A stretch of DNA of 64,000 bases from an uncultured Actinomycetes bacterium (lineage in GTDB: Bacteria > Actinomycetota > Thermoleophilia > UBA2241): contig CAVWIH010000034.1 in assembly GCA_963755025.1 (NCBI GenBank), positions 1 through 64,000 of the forward strand, given 5' to 3'. Made by a program: the position numbers and the translations under genes. The notes beneath the pieces are model-generated. The model was given only the letters and a program-made list of their open reading frames with translations, was not told the origin of the DNA and did not search any database. Shown piece by piece: positions 1 to 10,046 of this stretch. Each line of letters opens with the position of its first letter. The first letter of the stretch is position 1.

Positions 1-172
1 GATAGGAGATAGAGGCCGGCGAAACGCGCCTTGCCGTGACACGTCATTGGCCCGTCTAGGTTGAGGATGTGGGGTTCGGAGGGTACCAGGCTTGTCCTGC
101 CGCCAGGGGGGCGAAGCGCAAACAGTCTTCGCCATCTACTATCGGCTGCAGGAACGCGGTACGTCCTGTCCG

Positions 173-1580
173 CTAGGACGCCTTGAGCCGACTGAGCGTG
201 TCTTGGTCAGCGGGGTCACTCGACTCGCTCAGCTCAGTCAAGCGACCGTCAAACAAGGTCTTGGCATGACTGCGCCGATTCCTGGCCAATGCGCGTGCAG
301 CCGAGAGAACGCTCACTCGGACGTTGACATCGGGCTGCGTGCGATCAGCATAGATCAGGCTCGAAACTAGCTTCTCGCGCTGAGCGGAAGTGAGATCGGC
401 GAGTTGCCGCGCTGCGTCGACTAGGAAAACATGGTAACCCGGGTTCTCCCTGAAGCGGTCGCTGATGTACTCGACGAGGTTCTCGACCTGCGCCGGGGCG
501 AGGAGCTTGTGAGAGGAGGCGATAAACCCGAGCAAGGGCACTTGGTTCGGATTCGGCACAGGGGATTGGTGGACGAGATCGTGGAATAGACCGCGCGTCA
601 GAGCTTCCGCGAGTCCGTGCAAAGCGGGAACGGCTTCCAACCTTTCCGCCACGGCTCGCGCCACGTCCCCGTCCTGCCCAGAACGACGAAATCTGTCTCT
701 TAGCCCTTCGCAAAACTCGACGCCTGCCTCATCCGTAAGATCGTTGGCCCTAGCCAGGACAGCATCGCCGTTCGCGACCACCATATCCGTGGAGACGCCG
801 CGCAGGCGTCTTACGAGCTGCATGACCACGCGCTCGAGCTGCTCCTTGGCTAGGCTCGACCTTGAGGCCCGAAGAACCTGGGTGACGCAGTCGAACCGGT
901 CGGAGTTGATGGCCTCCGACAGGCTGTCAATCAGAACTGAGGATAGGTCGTCAGCGTCGAAAACCCCCGACGATGTCTTCACCCAGTACATCGACGGTGA
1001 GGAGAGGCACTTTGCTGCGCGAACAGCCTTATCAATCCCCACATCTCCACGAACGATGGTCCGGAGCCCGTTCACAAGAGGACCGCGAATCGCAACGGGA
1101 GGCTCCGAACGGAGGCCCTCCGCGTAACGCAAGCCTGCATCCTGTTCTCCGGCAAAAATGTCTTCAGCGAACCAGTCGAGCAGAGATCTAACTCGGTCTG
1201 TGGCGGACTTCTCGAAGAGCGCCAAAACCAGTTCGACCCCGCGCACCTTCTGCTCGTCGTCGAGAATTGAGAATAGCGACTTCAGAGCCTCGCCTACCGC
1301 CACTGCACTGTCCTCAGCGATCACCGAAAGAAGGGAGACAACGTGCTCGATGTCACGGAACCAAGCGCCTAGAGCTGCTACATCTGCTTCGACAGCTATC
1401 TGTGAAGAACCGGCCGCGAGCATGAGCACTTCGTCGCCGTGGTTGAGATTCTCGCCTTGGGACATGCTGAGGACGAGCACTTGGAAGGCAGCTGATGTTG
1501 TCTCGAAACCGCTCTTGATGCTCTCGAAAGCCGCCTCCCCGCAGACGGGTGGCACAACTCCTGCATCAGCTCGCATGATG
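173..1580 (-). pseudogene. 5'-truncated gene for a large alpha-helical (HEAT/ARM-like) hypothetical protein
   Basis: ORF 173..1684 looks protein-like (amphipathic, Leu/Ala/Glu-rich) only below ~1580. Its apparent N-terminus is the antisense of the Ig-domain ORF. GC is lower than the rest of the window by eye. Confidence 0.5.
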
Positions 1581-2749
1581 TGACGGCAAGCGGCTCTGGG
1601 CTTACCGGTTCTCCCGTGACTTTCAGTGCCACCCCGACTGTCGGCACCCCCGCCCAGATCGTAGCTAACAGCGCCCAGACCCAATTAGCCACTGCCGGGG
1701 GTCCCGTCGGCGTGCTGCCGAGTGTCATCGTTGAGGATGCAAACGGCAATCCGGTGTCTGACGTAAGCGTTGCCTTCACCGTGTCTCCCGGAAGCGGCCT
1801 TGTCAGCGGGACACCGGTTTCGACCGACCCGTCGGGCATCGCCACCGTTGGCATCTGGACACTAGGCGCAAGCGCTGGCACCAACACCTTGACGGCAACG
1901 GTTGCCGGTGTCTCCGCCTCTGTAACTTTCACTGCCACCGGCACCATCACCGTGACCACGGTCGACAGCATCGCAGACATCTCCGTAGCCAACGGAACGC
2001 CCCTGAGCAGCGTCGCACTGCCGTCCACGGTGGGCGTCACCTTGAGCAACAGTGGCACGGGGAGCGCCGACGTCACCTGGGACGGGGGCTCGCCGACCTA
2101 CGATGGCAGCACCGCCGGGAGCTACGTCTTTACCGGCACGCTGAGCGATGCGTCTGAGGGTGCGACCATCCCCTCGGATCTGACCGCCACGGTGACCGTG
2201 AAGGTGGGTGCGCCGACCGTGACCACGGTCGACAGCATCGCAGACATCTCCGTAGCCAACGGAACGCCCCTGAGCAGCGTCGCACTGCCGTCCACGGTGG
2301 GCGTCACCTTGAGCAACAGTGACACGGGGAGCGCCGACGTCACCTGGGACGGGGGCTCGCCGACCTACGATGGCAGCACCGCCGGGAGCTACGTCTTTAC
2401 CGGCACGCTGAGCGATGCGTCTGAGGGTGCGACCATCCCCTCGGATCTGACCGCCACGGTGACCGTGAAGGTGGGTGCGCCGACCGTGACCACGGTCGAC
2501 AGCATCGCAGACATCTCCGTAGCCAACGGAACGCCCCTGAGCAGCGTCGCACTGCCGTCCACGGTGGGCGTCACCTTGAGCAACAGTGACACGGGGAGCG
2601 CCGACGTCGCCTGGGACGGGGGCTCGCCGACCTACGATGGCAGCACCGCCGGGAGCTACGTCTTTACCGGCACGCTGAGCGATGCGTCTGAGGGTGCGAC
2701 CATCCCCTCGGATCTGACCGCCACGGTGACCGTGAAGGTGCAATCGTGA
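1580..2749 (+). CDS. N-terminally truncated Ig-like surface protein (Big_1-like domain + 3 Big_4-like repeats)
   Basis: PSVIVEDANGNPVSDVSVAFTV...GIATVGIWTLG (Big_1-like) and LPSTVGVTLSN...ADVTW...YDG...GSYVFTGTL x3 (Big_4-like). It starts mid-domain with no signal peptide or RBS. Confidence 0.7.
   Translation: MTASGSGLTGSPVTFSATPTVGTPAQIVANSAQTQLATAGGPVGVLPSVIVEDANGNPVSDVSVAFTVSPGSGLVSGTPVSTDPSGIATVGIWTLGASAGTNTLTATVAGVSASVTFTATGTITVTTVDSIADISVANGTPLSSVALPSTVGVTLSNSGTGSADVTWDGGSPTYDGSTAGSYVFTGTLSDASEGATIPSDLTATVTVKVGAPTVTTVDSIADISVANGTPLSSVALPSTVGVTLSNSDTGSADVTWDGGSPTYDGSTAGSYVFTGTLSDASEGATIPSDLTATVTVKVGAPTVTTVDSIADISVANGTPLSSVALPSTVGVTLSNSDTGSADVAWDGGSPTYDGSTAGSYVFTGTLSDASEGATIPSDLTATVTVKVQS
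1949..2740 (+). repeat. Three tandem 267-bp (89-codon) near-identical repeats
   Basis: Units start at 1949, 2216 and 2483 (accgtgaccacggtcgacagc...). Only two substitutions were seen (ggc/gac in unit 1; acc/gcc in unit 3). Confidence 0.95.
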
Positions 2750-3360
2750 TGTACTCAAAGCCCACCTCGGGCAGGCACTCGCACCTCGGCAGACAATCTG
2801 TGCTCTCCTCACTGTCGATCCCGTCGAGCCAGGCTGGTACCGCCTCAACCTGAGTGGGCGCGGGCGAGTCTCGATGCTGATTGTGGACTACCGGTGAGAG
2901 TGACGCCCGACAAGCGTGTCAACGTGAATCGATCAGCGTAGAGGTCCCGCAAAGTCACGCCTCCAGGCTTCCATCGTCAAGCGACGGCCCCCGACCCCGC
3001 CCACAGCCGGCACCGAGGGCGACGTCGCCGGGGGAGCCGGGCGGCGACCCCTTCCACTGGTCACACTGACGACGTCTCTCCGGCAGGACCTCCGACACTG
3101 CCGGCAACCTTGCCGGCAGTGAGGTCAGTGAGATCCCGTGACAACGTCGAACGCAGTCCTGTCCCCCTGCCTAGCTCACAGCCGGCGCCCGGGCGACGGT
3201 CAGCATGGCGGCGGACGGTCTGGCCCGGCGAATGTCACTCTAGCGACGGCCCTCGCAAAGGGACCATCCGCGCCGCCGAAGCCGGACAACTTCACGCCGA
3301 ATTGCAGGAGATGTCACAGCTGGGCGCGTTTCACCGGTCCCTAGCCCCTATCCCCTCACC

Positions 3361-6033
3361 GTGCGCGCCCCGCGGGGCACGGGCACCGTGAACGTGCGCG
3401 TGGTGACCAAGGGCGGCACCAGCGCCGCGGCGAAGGCCGACCGCTTCGTCTTTAAAGGCGCCATGCCGGTGGTCACCGGCGTGAGCCCGGCCTACGGGCC
3501 CACCACCGGCGGCACGGTCGTGACCATCACCGGCAGCGGGTTCAAGGGCGCCACGTCGGTCACCGTCGGCGGCGTCGCCGCGACGAAGCTCGCCGTGGCG
3601 GCCGGTGGCGGCACCATCACCGCGACCACGCCGGCGCACATAGAGGTCGGCGATCCGTTCCACGTGCGGGTGACGACGCCCACGGGCGTCAGCGCGCCCG
3701 TCAACGCCGACAGGTTCTACTTCTACGCGCCGGCGACGGTGACCAGCGTCAGCCCGGCTAACGGCCCCCGAGACGGCGGCACGGCCGTGACGATCACGGG
3801 CATTAACCTCTCCACCGCGAAGAACATCAGCCAGGCGGTCAAGTTCGGCGGCGTGCCGGCGACCGTTGTCGGCCAGCCCAACAACAGCACGATCGTGGCG
3901 ACCGTGCCGCCCGCCGCGGCCGGCGCGGGCACGGTCGACGTCACGGTCACGACACGGGCCGGCACGACTGCCGCGTCGACGGGCGACGAGTTCTCGTATG
4001 CGGACACGATCGCCGTCGCTCCGGCCGGCCTGCAGGACCAGTCGCAGGTGGTGGGCGTCGCGGTTGGCACGCCGCCCAGCGTCGTAGTCAAAGACGCGCT
4101 CGGCCAGCCCGTGAAAGGCGTGACCGTGACCTTTGCGGTGACTACGGGCGGCGGCTCGGTCACCAGCGCCACCGCTACCACCCCGACCACCACGGCCACC
4201 GCCATCACGGACGTTTCGGGCGTCGCCACGTTGAGATCATGGGTTCTCGGCCCTCTGGCCGGCGCCAATGCCCTCACGGCGACCGCCGACGTCCCGGGCT
4301 TGCCGGTGACCTTCACGGCGACCGGCCTCGCCGACGTGAACACTGCCTACATGACAGCAGTCCCCGGCAGCGACGGACAGTCGGCGACCGCCGGCGCGGC
4401 GGTCGCCATCTCGCCCAGCGTCCGCGTGCTCGACTCGGGCGGCAACGGCGTGCCGAACGTGAGCGTCACCTTCACTGTCACGTCGGGCGGCGGCTCTGCG
4501 ACCGGTACCACGGTCTCGACCAACGCCTCGGGCATCGCCACGGTCGGCAAGTGGGTCCTCGGGCCGGCCGTAGGCGCCAACACGCTCCAAGCCGCCGCGA
4601 GCGTCACCGGCTCGCCGGTAACCTTCACCGTGCACGGCACGGTCGGCGCCGCCACGCAGATCCTGGCTGTCAGCGACACCGACCAGTCGGGCATCGCCGG
4701 GGGACAGGCTCCCATACCTCCGAGCGTCGTCGTCGAGGACGCCAACAACAACCCGGTCCCCGGCGTGAGCGTCACCTTCGCCGTGGACTCGGGAGGCGGC
4801 ACGGTCGGCGGGTCACCGGCCGTCACCAATTCGTCGGGCATCGCCACAGTCGGATCTTGGACGCTGGGGTCCGGTGCCAATGAGTTGACGGCGACGGCGG
4901 CCGGCGTATCCGGCTCGGTGGCGTTCACCGCCAGCGCCGCCCTCATCGTGACCGGAGCCGACACCGTCGCCGACCTCCACATCGCCAACGGCACGTCGCT
5001 TGGCGCAGCCGAGGCCGCGCTGCCGGCCACGGTGGGGATCAGCCTGAGCGACGGCACCTCGGCGACCGCGAACGTGACCTGGAACGAGGGCTCTCCCCCC
5101 TACGACGGCGACACGGCCGGCTCGTACCCGTTCGTCGGCACGCTGAGCCCGCCGGACGGGGTCTCGAACCCGAACGCCGTCACCGCCGCGGTCACGGTCG
5201 ACGTGGGCGCGCCGACCGTGACGAGCGCCGACAGCATCACCGACGTATCGGTCGACAACGGTACCTCGCTGGGTGCGGCCAAGGCCGCGCTGCCGGCCAC
5301 GGTCGGGGTGACTCTGAGCAACGGCGACTCGGCGACCGTCGACGTCACCTGGGCCCAGGGCTCGCCGCCCTACAGCGGCGGCACGGCCGGCTCGTACCCG
5401 TTCATCGGCACGCTGAGCAGCCTGCCCGCCGGCGTGACCAACCCCTCGGACGTCACCGCCGCGGTGAACGTCGACGTGGGTGCGCCGATCGTTACCGCGG
5501 CTCACAGCATCGCCGACGTCGCGGTCGACAACGGCACGTCGCTGGGCGACGCCGAAGCCGCGCTGCCGGCCACCGTGGGCATCACCCTGAGCAACGGCGA
5601 CTCGGCGACTGCCGACGTCACCTGGAACCCGGGCTCGCCGTCCTACGACGGCGGCACTCAAGGCTCGTACCCGTTCGTCGGCACGCTGAGCGGCCTACCG
5701 GACGGCGTGACCAACCCCTCGGGTGTCACCGCCGCGGTGACGGTCGACGTGGGGGCGCCGACCGTCGTCGGCGCCGACAGCATCGCAGACGTCGCGGTCG
5801 ACAACGGCACGTCGCTGGGCGACGCCGAGGCCGCGCTGCCTGTCACCGTGGGCGTCAGTCTGAGCAACGGCGGCTCGGCCATCGTCGACGTCACCTGGGC
5901 CGAAGGGTCGTCGGGCTACGACGGCGGCACCGCCGGCTCGTACCCGTTCGTGGGCACGCTGAGCGGCCTGCCGGCCGGCGTCACAAACCCGTCGGGCGTC
6001 ACCGCTGCAGTGAACGTCGACGTGGGCGCCTGA
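3361..6033 (+). CDS. N-terminally truncated surface protein/adhesin: partial + 2 IPT/TIG, 3 Big_1-like, 4 Big_4-like domains
   Basis: PVVTGVSPAYGPTTGGTVVTITGSGF (IPT/TIG), PPSVVVKDALGQPV (Big_1-like), four diverged LPATVG...W...YPFVGTL units. It begins in the last strands of an IPT domain with no signal peptide. Confidence 0.8.
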   Translation: MRAPRGTGTVNVRVVTKGGTSAAAKADRFVFKGAMPVVTGVSPAYGPTTGGTVVTITGSGFKGATSVTVGGVAATKLAVAAGGGTITATTPAHIEVGDPFHVRVTTPTGVSAPVNADRFYFYAPATVTSVSPANGPRDGGTAVTITGINLSTAKNISQAVKFGGVPATVVGQPNNSTIVATVPPAAAGAGTVDVTVTTRAGTTAASTGDEFSYADTIAVAPAGLQDQSQVVGVAVGTPPSVVVKDALGQPVKGVTVTFAVTTGGGSVTSATATTPTTTATAITDVSGVATLRSWVLGPLAGANALTATADVPGLPVTFTATGLADVNTAYMTAVPGSDGQSATAGAAVAISPSVRVLDSGGNGVPNVSVTFTVTSGGGSATGTTVSTNASGIATVGKWVLGPAVGANTLQAAASVTGSPVTFTVHGTVGAATQILAVSDTDQSGIAGGQAPIPPSVVVEDANNNPVPGVSVTFAVDSGGGTVGGSPAVTNSSGIATVGSWTLGSGANELTATAAGVSGSVAFTASAALIVTGADTVADLHIANGTSLGAAEAALPATVGISLSDGTSATANVTWNEGSPPYDGDTAGSYPFVGTLSPPDGVSNPNAVTAAVTVDVGAPTVTSADSITDVSVDNGTSLGAAKAALPATVGVTLSNGDSATVDVTWAQGSPPYSGGTAGSYPFIGTLSSLPAGVTNPSDVTAAVNVDVGAPIVTAAHSIADVAVDNGTSLGDAEAALPATVGITLSNGDSATADVTWNPGSPSYDGGTQGSYPFVGTLSGLPDGVTNPSGVTAAVTVDVGAPTVVGADSIADVAVDNGTSLGDAEAALPVTVGVSLSNGGSAIVDVTWAEGSSGYDGGTAGSYPFVGTLSGLPAGVTNPSGVTAAVNVDVGA

Positions 6034-6120
6034 CTCGGGACAGAGCTTTCGGTATGGTGGCGCGCCGGCGACGATCGCGGGTGCGATTGGACCCCCTGAA
6101 CCGCCCGACCAGGGGTCGGG

Positions 6121-7787
6121 CTACCTGACCGTCACGTGGATCAGCGGGCTGTTGGCCGCCAGGTAGGCTCCGCTGGCCGGCAGGCGCACCTGCAGATCGT
6201 AGCTCTCCCTGAGCGGCGTGCCGAACTGCCGGGTGGTGAACGTCAAGCCGCGCGACAGCGTGAAGACGGCGCCGTTTGAGACCTTGTGCCAGCCGCCGCC
6301 GCGATTGGTCCAGATGGTGACGCTGCGGCCGTGCTCGACCGGCGAGACGCGTCCGTGCAGCCGGTAGGCGGTCCCTTTGCGCACCTGCAGCGATGTGCTC
6401 GTCACGGTGATGATGGGCCGCACCCGCACGGTGTACGAGGCGCTCGTGGCGGCGCTGTGCCCCGCGTAGACAAAGCGCAGGCGGTACTGACTGGTGGCCG
6501 GCGGGGCGTGGTCGATCTGGCCCGCCGTGGTCGAGTCGACCGACCAGGGCCAGGAGTGGAGCGCCCTCCAGGCGCCGCCGGCGCGCCGTTCGTCGAGGAT
6601 CAACGAGCCGGGCGCGCGGATCGTCGACGAGGCGGTGAACTGTACGGCGGTGCTGCCCGACACGGTCGTCGCCGAGACCTTGAGGGCCAGCGGCACGGCG
6701 CCGTACGACAGGGTACGCGCGACGCGGCCGCTCGACGAGAGGGCGTAGGCGACGCCCCCGGGTCCGGCGGCGCACGAGACGACGGTGCCGGTGAGCGGCG
6801 ACCGGTCGACCACCCAGTCGCCGTTGGTCAAGTCGAAGCTCGCGAGCAGGCCCGACGCGCCGCCGACCAGGAGCTGCGGGTCGGGGCCGTCGAGGTAGGC
6901 GGCCGACGCGAGGGGCGGCGTCGCGGCCGGCAACGCCGGCAGGGCCTGGAACGAGCCGCCCGCGTCGCCGCTGCCCTGCACGTCTTTGGCCCCGACGGCA
7001 AAGAGCTGGGGCGTACCGGTGCCCCACACCGGCGCGGGCGCCAGCGCGAGCACGACCGGCTCCCCAAGGCTCGCCTGGGCGGTCCACGAACCGTCGGCGT
7101 TCCTGGTGATCAGGCTGCCGCCGGCGCCGCTGGCTGCGGCGAAGCCGTCCTGGAGGTCGACGCCGTCGGGGCCGGCGACGATCGAGGTCGGCGCGGCGGG
7201 CAGCGTGAGGGTGGTCGCTTCGGGCGTCCACGATGGCACGGCGACGTTAGTGGTGGTGAGCAGCGACGTCGCCCCCAGAGCGCAGACGAGCTGGGCGTCG
7301 GTGGCGGCCGCGACGGCGGTGAACGTGCCGCTCACGGTCGCCGCCTTCCAGGTGGCGCCGCCGTTGGTCGTGACGTCGATCTGCCCGGCGGCCCCCACCG
7401 CCCATCCGTGCCGGGCGTCGCTGAAGGCGACCGCCCGCACGGCCTTGGCGGCGCCCCCGGGCAGCGCGCGCCGCGTCCAGGTGGCGCCGCCGTTGGTGCT
7501 CACTGCGATCGTGCCGGCGCTGCCGACCACGACGACGCCGTCTGTGCCGAACGTGGCGATCTGGCGCTCGCCCGTGGCGCCCGGGAACGGGTCGGCGATC
7601 GTCGCCCACGCGGCGCCGCCGGCGGGCGTGGCGGCCGCGGCCGCAGTAGCACCGGCCGGGGTGGCGGCGACGGCCGCAGCAGCGCGGGGCCGGCGAGGGT
7701 CGCCGCGCCGGCGAGCAGCGCCAGCAGCCCGAGCGCGAGCGCCGCCGCGCCGGCGTGTCGCCGGGCCGGGTGTCGCGCGCCGCTCAT
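6121..7787 (-). CDS. Secreted YCF48/BNR-repeat beta-propeller protein with C-terminal Ig-like region (frameshift ~7685)
   Basis: STNGGATW/TTNGGATW Asp-box repeats. A signal peptide (MSGARHPARRHAGAAALALGLLALL) in ORF 7500..7787 joins ORF 6121..7530 via one missing base. Its ATG overlaps the upstream stop. Confidence 0.75.
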
Positions 7788-8830
7788 GGCGGCGGCGGCG
7801 TCGGCTTCGTGGCCGGCGCCGGGGGCGTGGTGGTCGTGGTCGAGGTGCTCGCGTTGGCGAGCCTCGCCGCTGCGGCCGCGGCCGCGGCCGCCGCTCTCTT
7901 CGTGGCCAGGGCCTTGTTATGCGCGATGGCGGCGTCGATGCGCGCGAGCAGCGCCGCCGCTCCCGGGTAGGCGGGGTCGATCAGCAGGGCGCGGCGCACG
8001 GCGGCGCGGGCGGCCGTCCAGCGGCCGGCCGCGGCCAGCGAGGCGGCCTGCAGGGCGATGGGCGCGGCGCGGCCGCGCCGGCCGGCCTCGGCGGCCAGCG
8101 CCGCCGCGACGCCGCAGCGCGGGTACGAGACGAGCACGTCGGCCGCGGAGCTGCCGGCTACGCCCCACTCGCGGGCGGCGAACGCCTGCTCGGCTCCGGC
8201 CAAGAGCAGCAGCGCGGCGACGGCGCCGTTGCTGCGCGCCGTCAGGGCGCGAGCCACGACGGGCGGCACCCGGCTGCTCGACAGGCCGCGCACCTGGGTG
8301 AGGGCCGCGTTGTAGCGCCCGGCCTGAAAGAGAGCCGCGGCGCGGCGCAGGTCGCGCGTGGCTGCGGTCGGCGTGACGGTGAGATAGGTGTCGTACTGGG
8401 CCTGGCCGTTGGCCAGCGCGACGGCCTGGGCGAGAAGGCCGTGAGCGTTCGGGTAGGGAAAGCCCGCGATCTTGGCGCTGTCGAGGCTGCGGATGGCGAG
8501 GTCGTAGTCGCCGGCGGCAAGGGCCCGCTGGCCGTCGAGGTAGTCGCCACGCGCGTTCAGCACAAGGAAGGCGGCCGCGACGACGACAAGCAGCGCCAGC
8601 ACGACGGCGCCGGATACCAGCAGACGATGGCGCCGGCGACGGCGCTCGTACAGGTAATACGGTTCGATCTGCTCGGGTCGCGGCCACAGCGGTGGCGGCG
8701 ACGGCGCCCTGAATGACTGATCGACCAAAATGACCCCCCACCTGCGCCCTGGGCCGATCGTGGCTCGAACAACGATGATACCCCAAAGATGGCGTCCGCC
8801 GACTGTCAGACGTGCTGTCTGCGCAGGCAA
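7784..8830 (-). CDS. Membrane-anchored TPR-like protein (true start probably nearer 8730)
   Basis: Arg cluster + TM helix, TPR-like helices (GQRALAAGDYDLAI; ALLIDPAYPGAAALL), Thr/Pro-rich tail. Confidence 0.6.
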   Translation of the reverse strand: MPAQTARLTVGGRHLWGIIVVRATIGPGRRWGVILVDQSFRAPSPPPLWPRPEQIEPYYLYERRRRRHRLLVSGAVVLALLVVVAAAFLVLNARGDYLDGQRALAAGDYDLAIRSLDSAKIAGFPYPNAHGLLAQAVALANGQAQYDTYLTVTPTAATRDLRRAAALFQAGRYNAALTQVRGLSSSRVPPVVARALTARSNGAVAALLLLAGAEQAFAAREWGVAGSSAADVLVSYPRCGVAAALAAEAGRRGRAAPIALQAASLAAAGRWTAARAAVRRALLIDPAYPGAAALLARIDAAIAHNKALATKRAAAAAAAAAARLANASTSTTTTTPPAPATKPTPPPP

Positions 8831-8920
8831 CGCGGGGGCCCGTGCGGCGCGTTCGCGCGGGCGGGACGGCCTCGTGCCTCGACGGTCTCGCGCCTCGCCG
8901 GCGGCCGGCGCGACGGCGCG

Positions 8921-9244
8921 TCAGCCGGGCGGCTCCACCATGGAGTCGCGCAGGCGCCGGTACCAGGCGCCCGAGGCCAGAGCCAGGGTGACCGCCGGGT
9001 TGCCGAGGTAGGAGACCTCGACGCCGGGCAGCCGCAGGTAGCGCCGCGGCCGCGCCCGGCGCAGCACGCGCGGCGCCTTGTCGAGGCTCACGATGCGCTC
9101 GGTGTCGGTGCGCTCGCTGCCATACCACACGAACAGGCGGCTCGGCCTGACGTCGATCCCCACGATCGGACCGACCTGCAGCACGATCTGACGCTCGACG
9201 CCGCGCTCGAGCTCGGTGGACTGTCTCGTGATGGCCATGGTCAC
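8921..9244 (-). CDS. Hypothetical protein
   Basis: 107-aa ORF with GAAGG RBS, 9 nt downstream of the previous stop, coding-like codon usage. Confidence 0.55.
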   Translation of the reverse strand: MTMAITRQSTELERGVERQIVLQVGPIVGIDVRPSRLFVWYGSERTDTERIVSLDKAPRVLRRARPRRYLRLPGVEVSYLGNPAVTLALASGAWYRRLRDSMVEPPG

Positions 9245-9253
9245 CTTCCGTGC

Positions 9254-10018
9254 CTAGTTCGGAGGGAGTGTTCCCCGCTCGATGGAGTCGATGTACACGC
9301 TCAGCAGCACTACGTCCGCCAGGAAGTTTACGCTGCCCGAGACCAGCACGTGGATGATGACCGTCGGACCAAGGGCCAGCGCGTCGCCCGAACTGCCGGG
9401 GAGCAACCACCAGAGCAGCAGGTCGATCTCGAACAGGCCGAAGAGTACGAGCAGGCTGACGAAGCCGTTGGCGGCGAACGTCTGCACCGAGCGCACCAGC
9501 GCCCGGCCCACGCCCACGTTGCTGGCGACGATCGCGTACTCGGCGTAGAGCAGCGGCACCCAGGTCAGGGCCTGCACGGCGAGGACGAGCACGATCAGCG
9601 CGGTCTCGCCCAGGCGGCCCTGCCCCGCGTGGCCGGCGGCGGCCAGCCCCCACGAGACCGCGTCGACCAGCACGAGCAGGGCGAAGAGCCTGCCGAACTG
9701 CCGCCCGTCGCGCGGTCCCCAGTGCAGTTTGCCAAGAAGCGAGCGCAGGTAGCCGGCGGTGAAGAAGGCCGACACCAGCAGGTAGACGACGGCGACCGCC
9801 AGCACCGTGAGGCGGCGGCCGGCGGCGGCGTCGCCGAGCACGCTGTTGTCGAGGCCCAGCAGCGACGAGAGGGAGCGGTGACGGAACAGCCAGCCGGTGG
9901 CGAGGGGGGCCGCAAGATCGAGCGCGCCGAGGCCGATCGCGTAGAAGACCAGGGATTCCTTGGCATGCAGAAGTCGGCCGATGCGCGAGATCAGCGCGGA
10001 GCGGTCGTTCACCTGCAT
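9254..10018 (-). CDS. Integral membrane protein (about 5-6 TM helices)
   Basis: Hydrophobic ORF from MQVNDRSALISR. TATACT lies 8 nt upstream of the ATG (leaderless-type). Confidence 0.65.
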   Translation of the reverse strand: MQVNDRSALISRIGRLLHAKESLVFYAIGLGALDLAAPLATGWLFRHRSLSSLLGLDNSVLGDAAAGRRLTVLAVAVVYLLVSAFFTAGYLRSLLGKLHWGPRDGRQFGRLFALLVLVDAVSWGLAAAGHAGQGRLGETALIVLVLAVQALTWVPLLYAEYAIVASNVGVGRALVRSVQTFAANGFVSLLVLFGLFEIDLLLWWLLPGSSGDALALGPTVIIHVLVSGSVNFLADVVLLSVYIDSIERGTLPPN

Positions 10019-10046
10019 GGCCGGGGAGTATACACTACGAGGTGGC
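10019..10046. promoter_or_regulatory. Overlapping divergent -10 elements
   Basis: agtatacact gives TATACT on the - strand (10027-10032) and TACACT on the + strand (10031-10036), in a 28-bp gap between divergent ATGs. Confidence 0.5.

Noticed and set aside
1949-2740. Possible CRISPR array or DGR template/variable repeat
   Set aside because: The units are in-frame 267-bp coding domains with no spacers, no adenine-specific variation pattern, and no cas or reverse transcriptase genes.
2880-3300. c-di-GMP riboswitch (cgcaaag motifs) or IS remnant upstream of the adhesin
   Set aside because: I could not build the GNRA-tetraloop/receptor two-stem architecture, and saw no transposase frame or terminal repeats.
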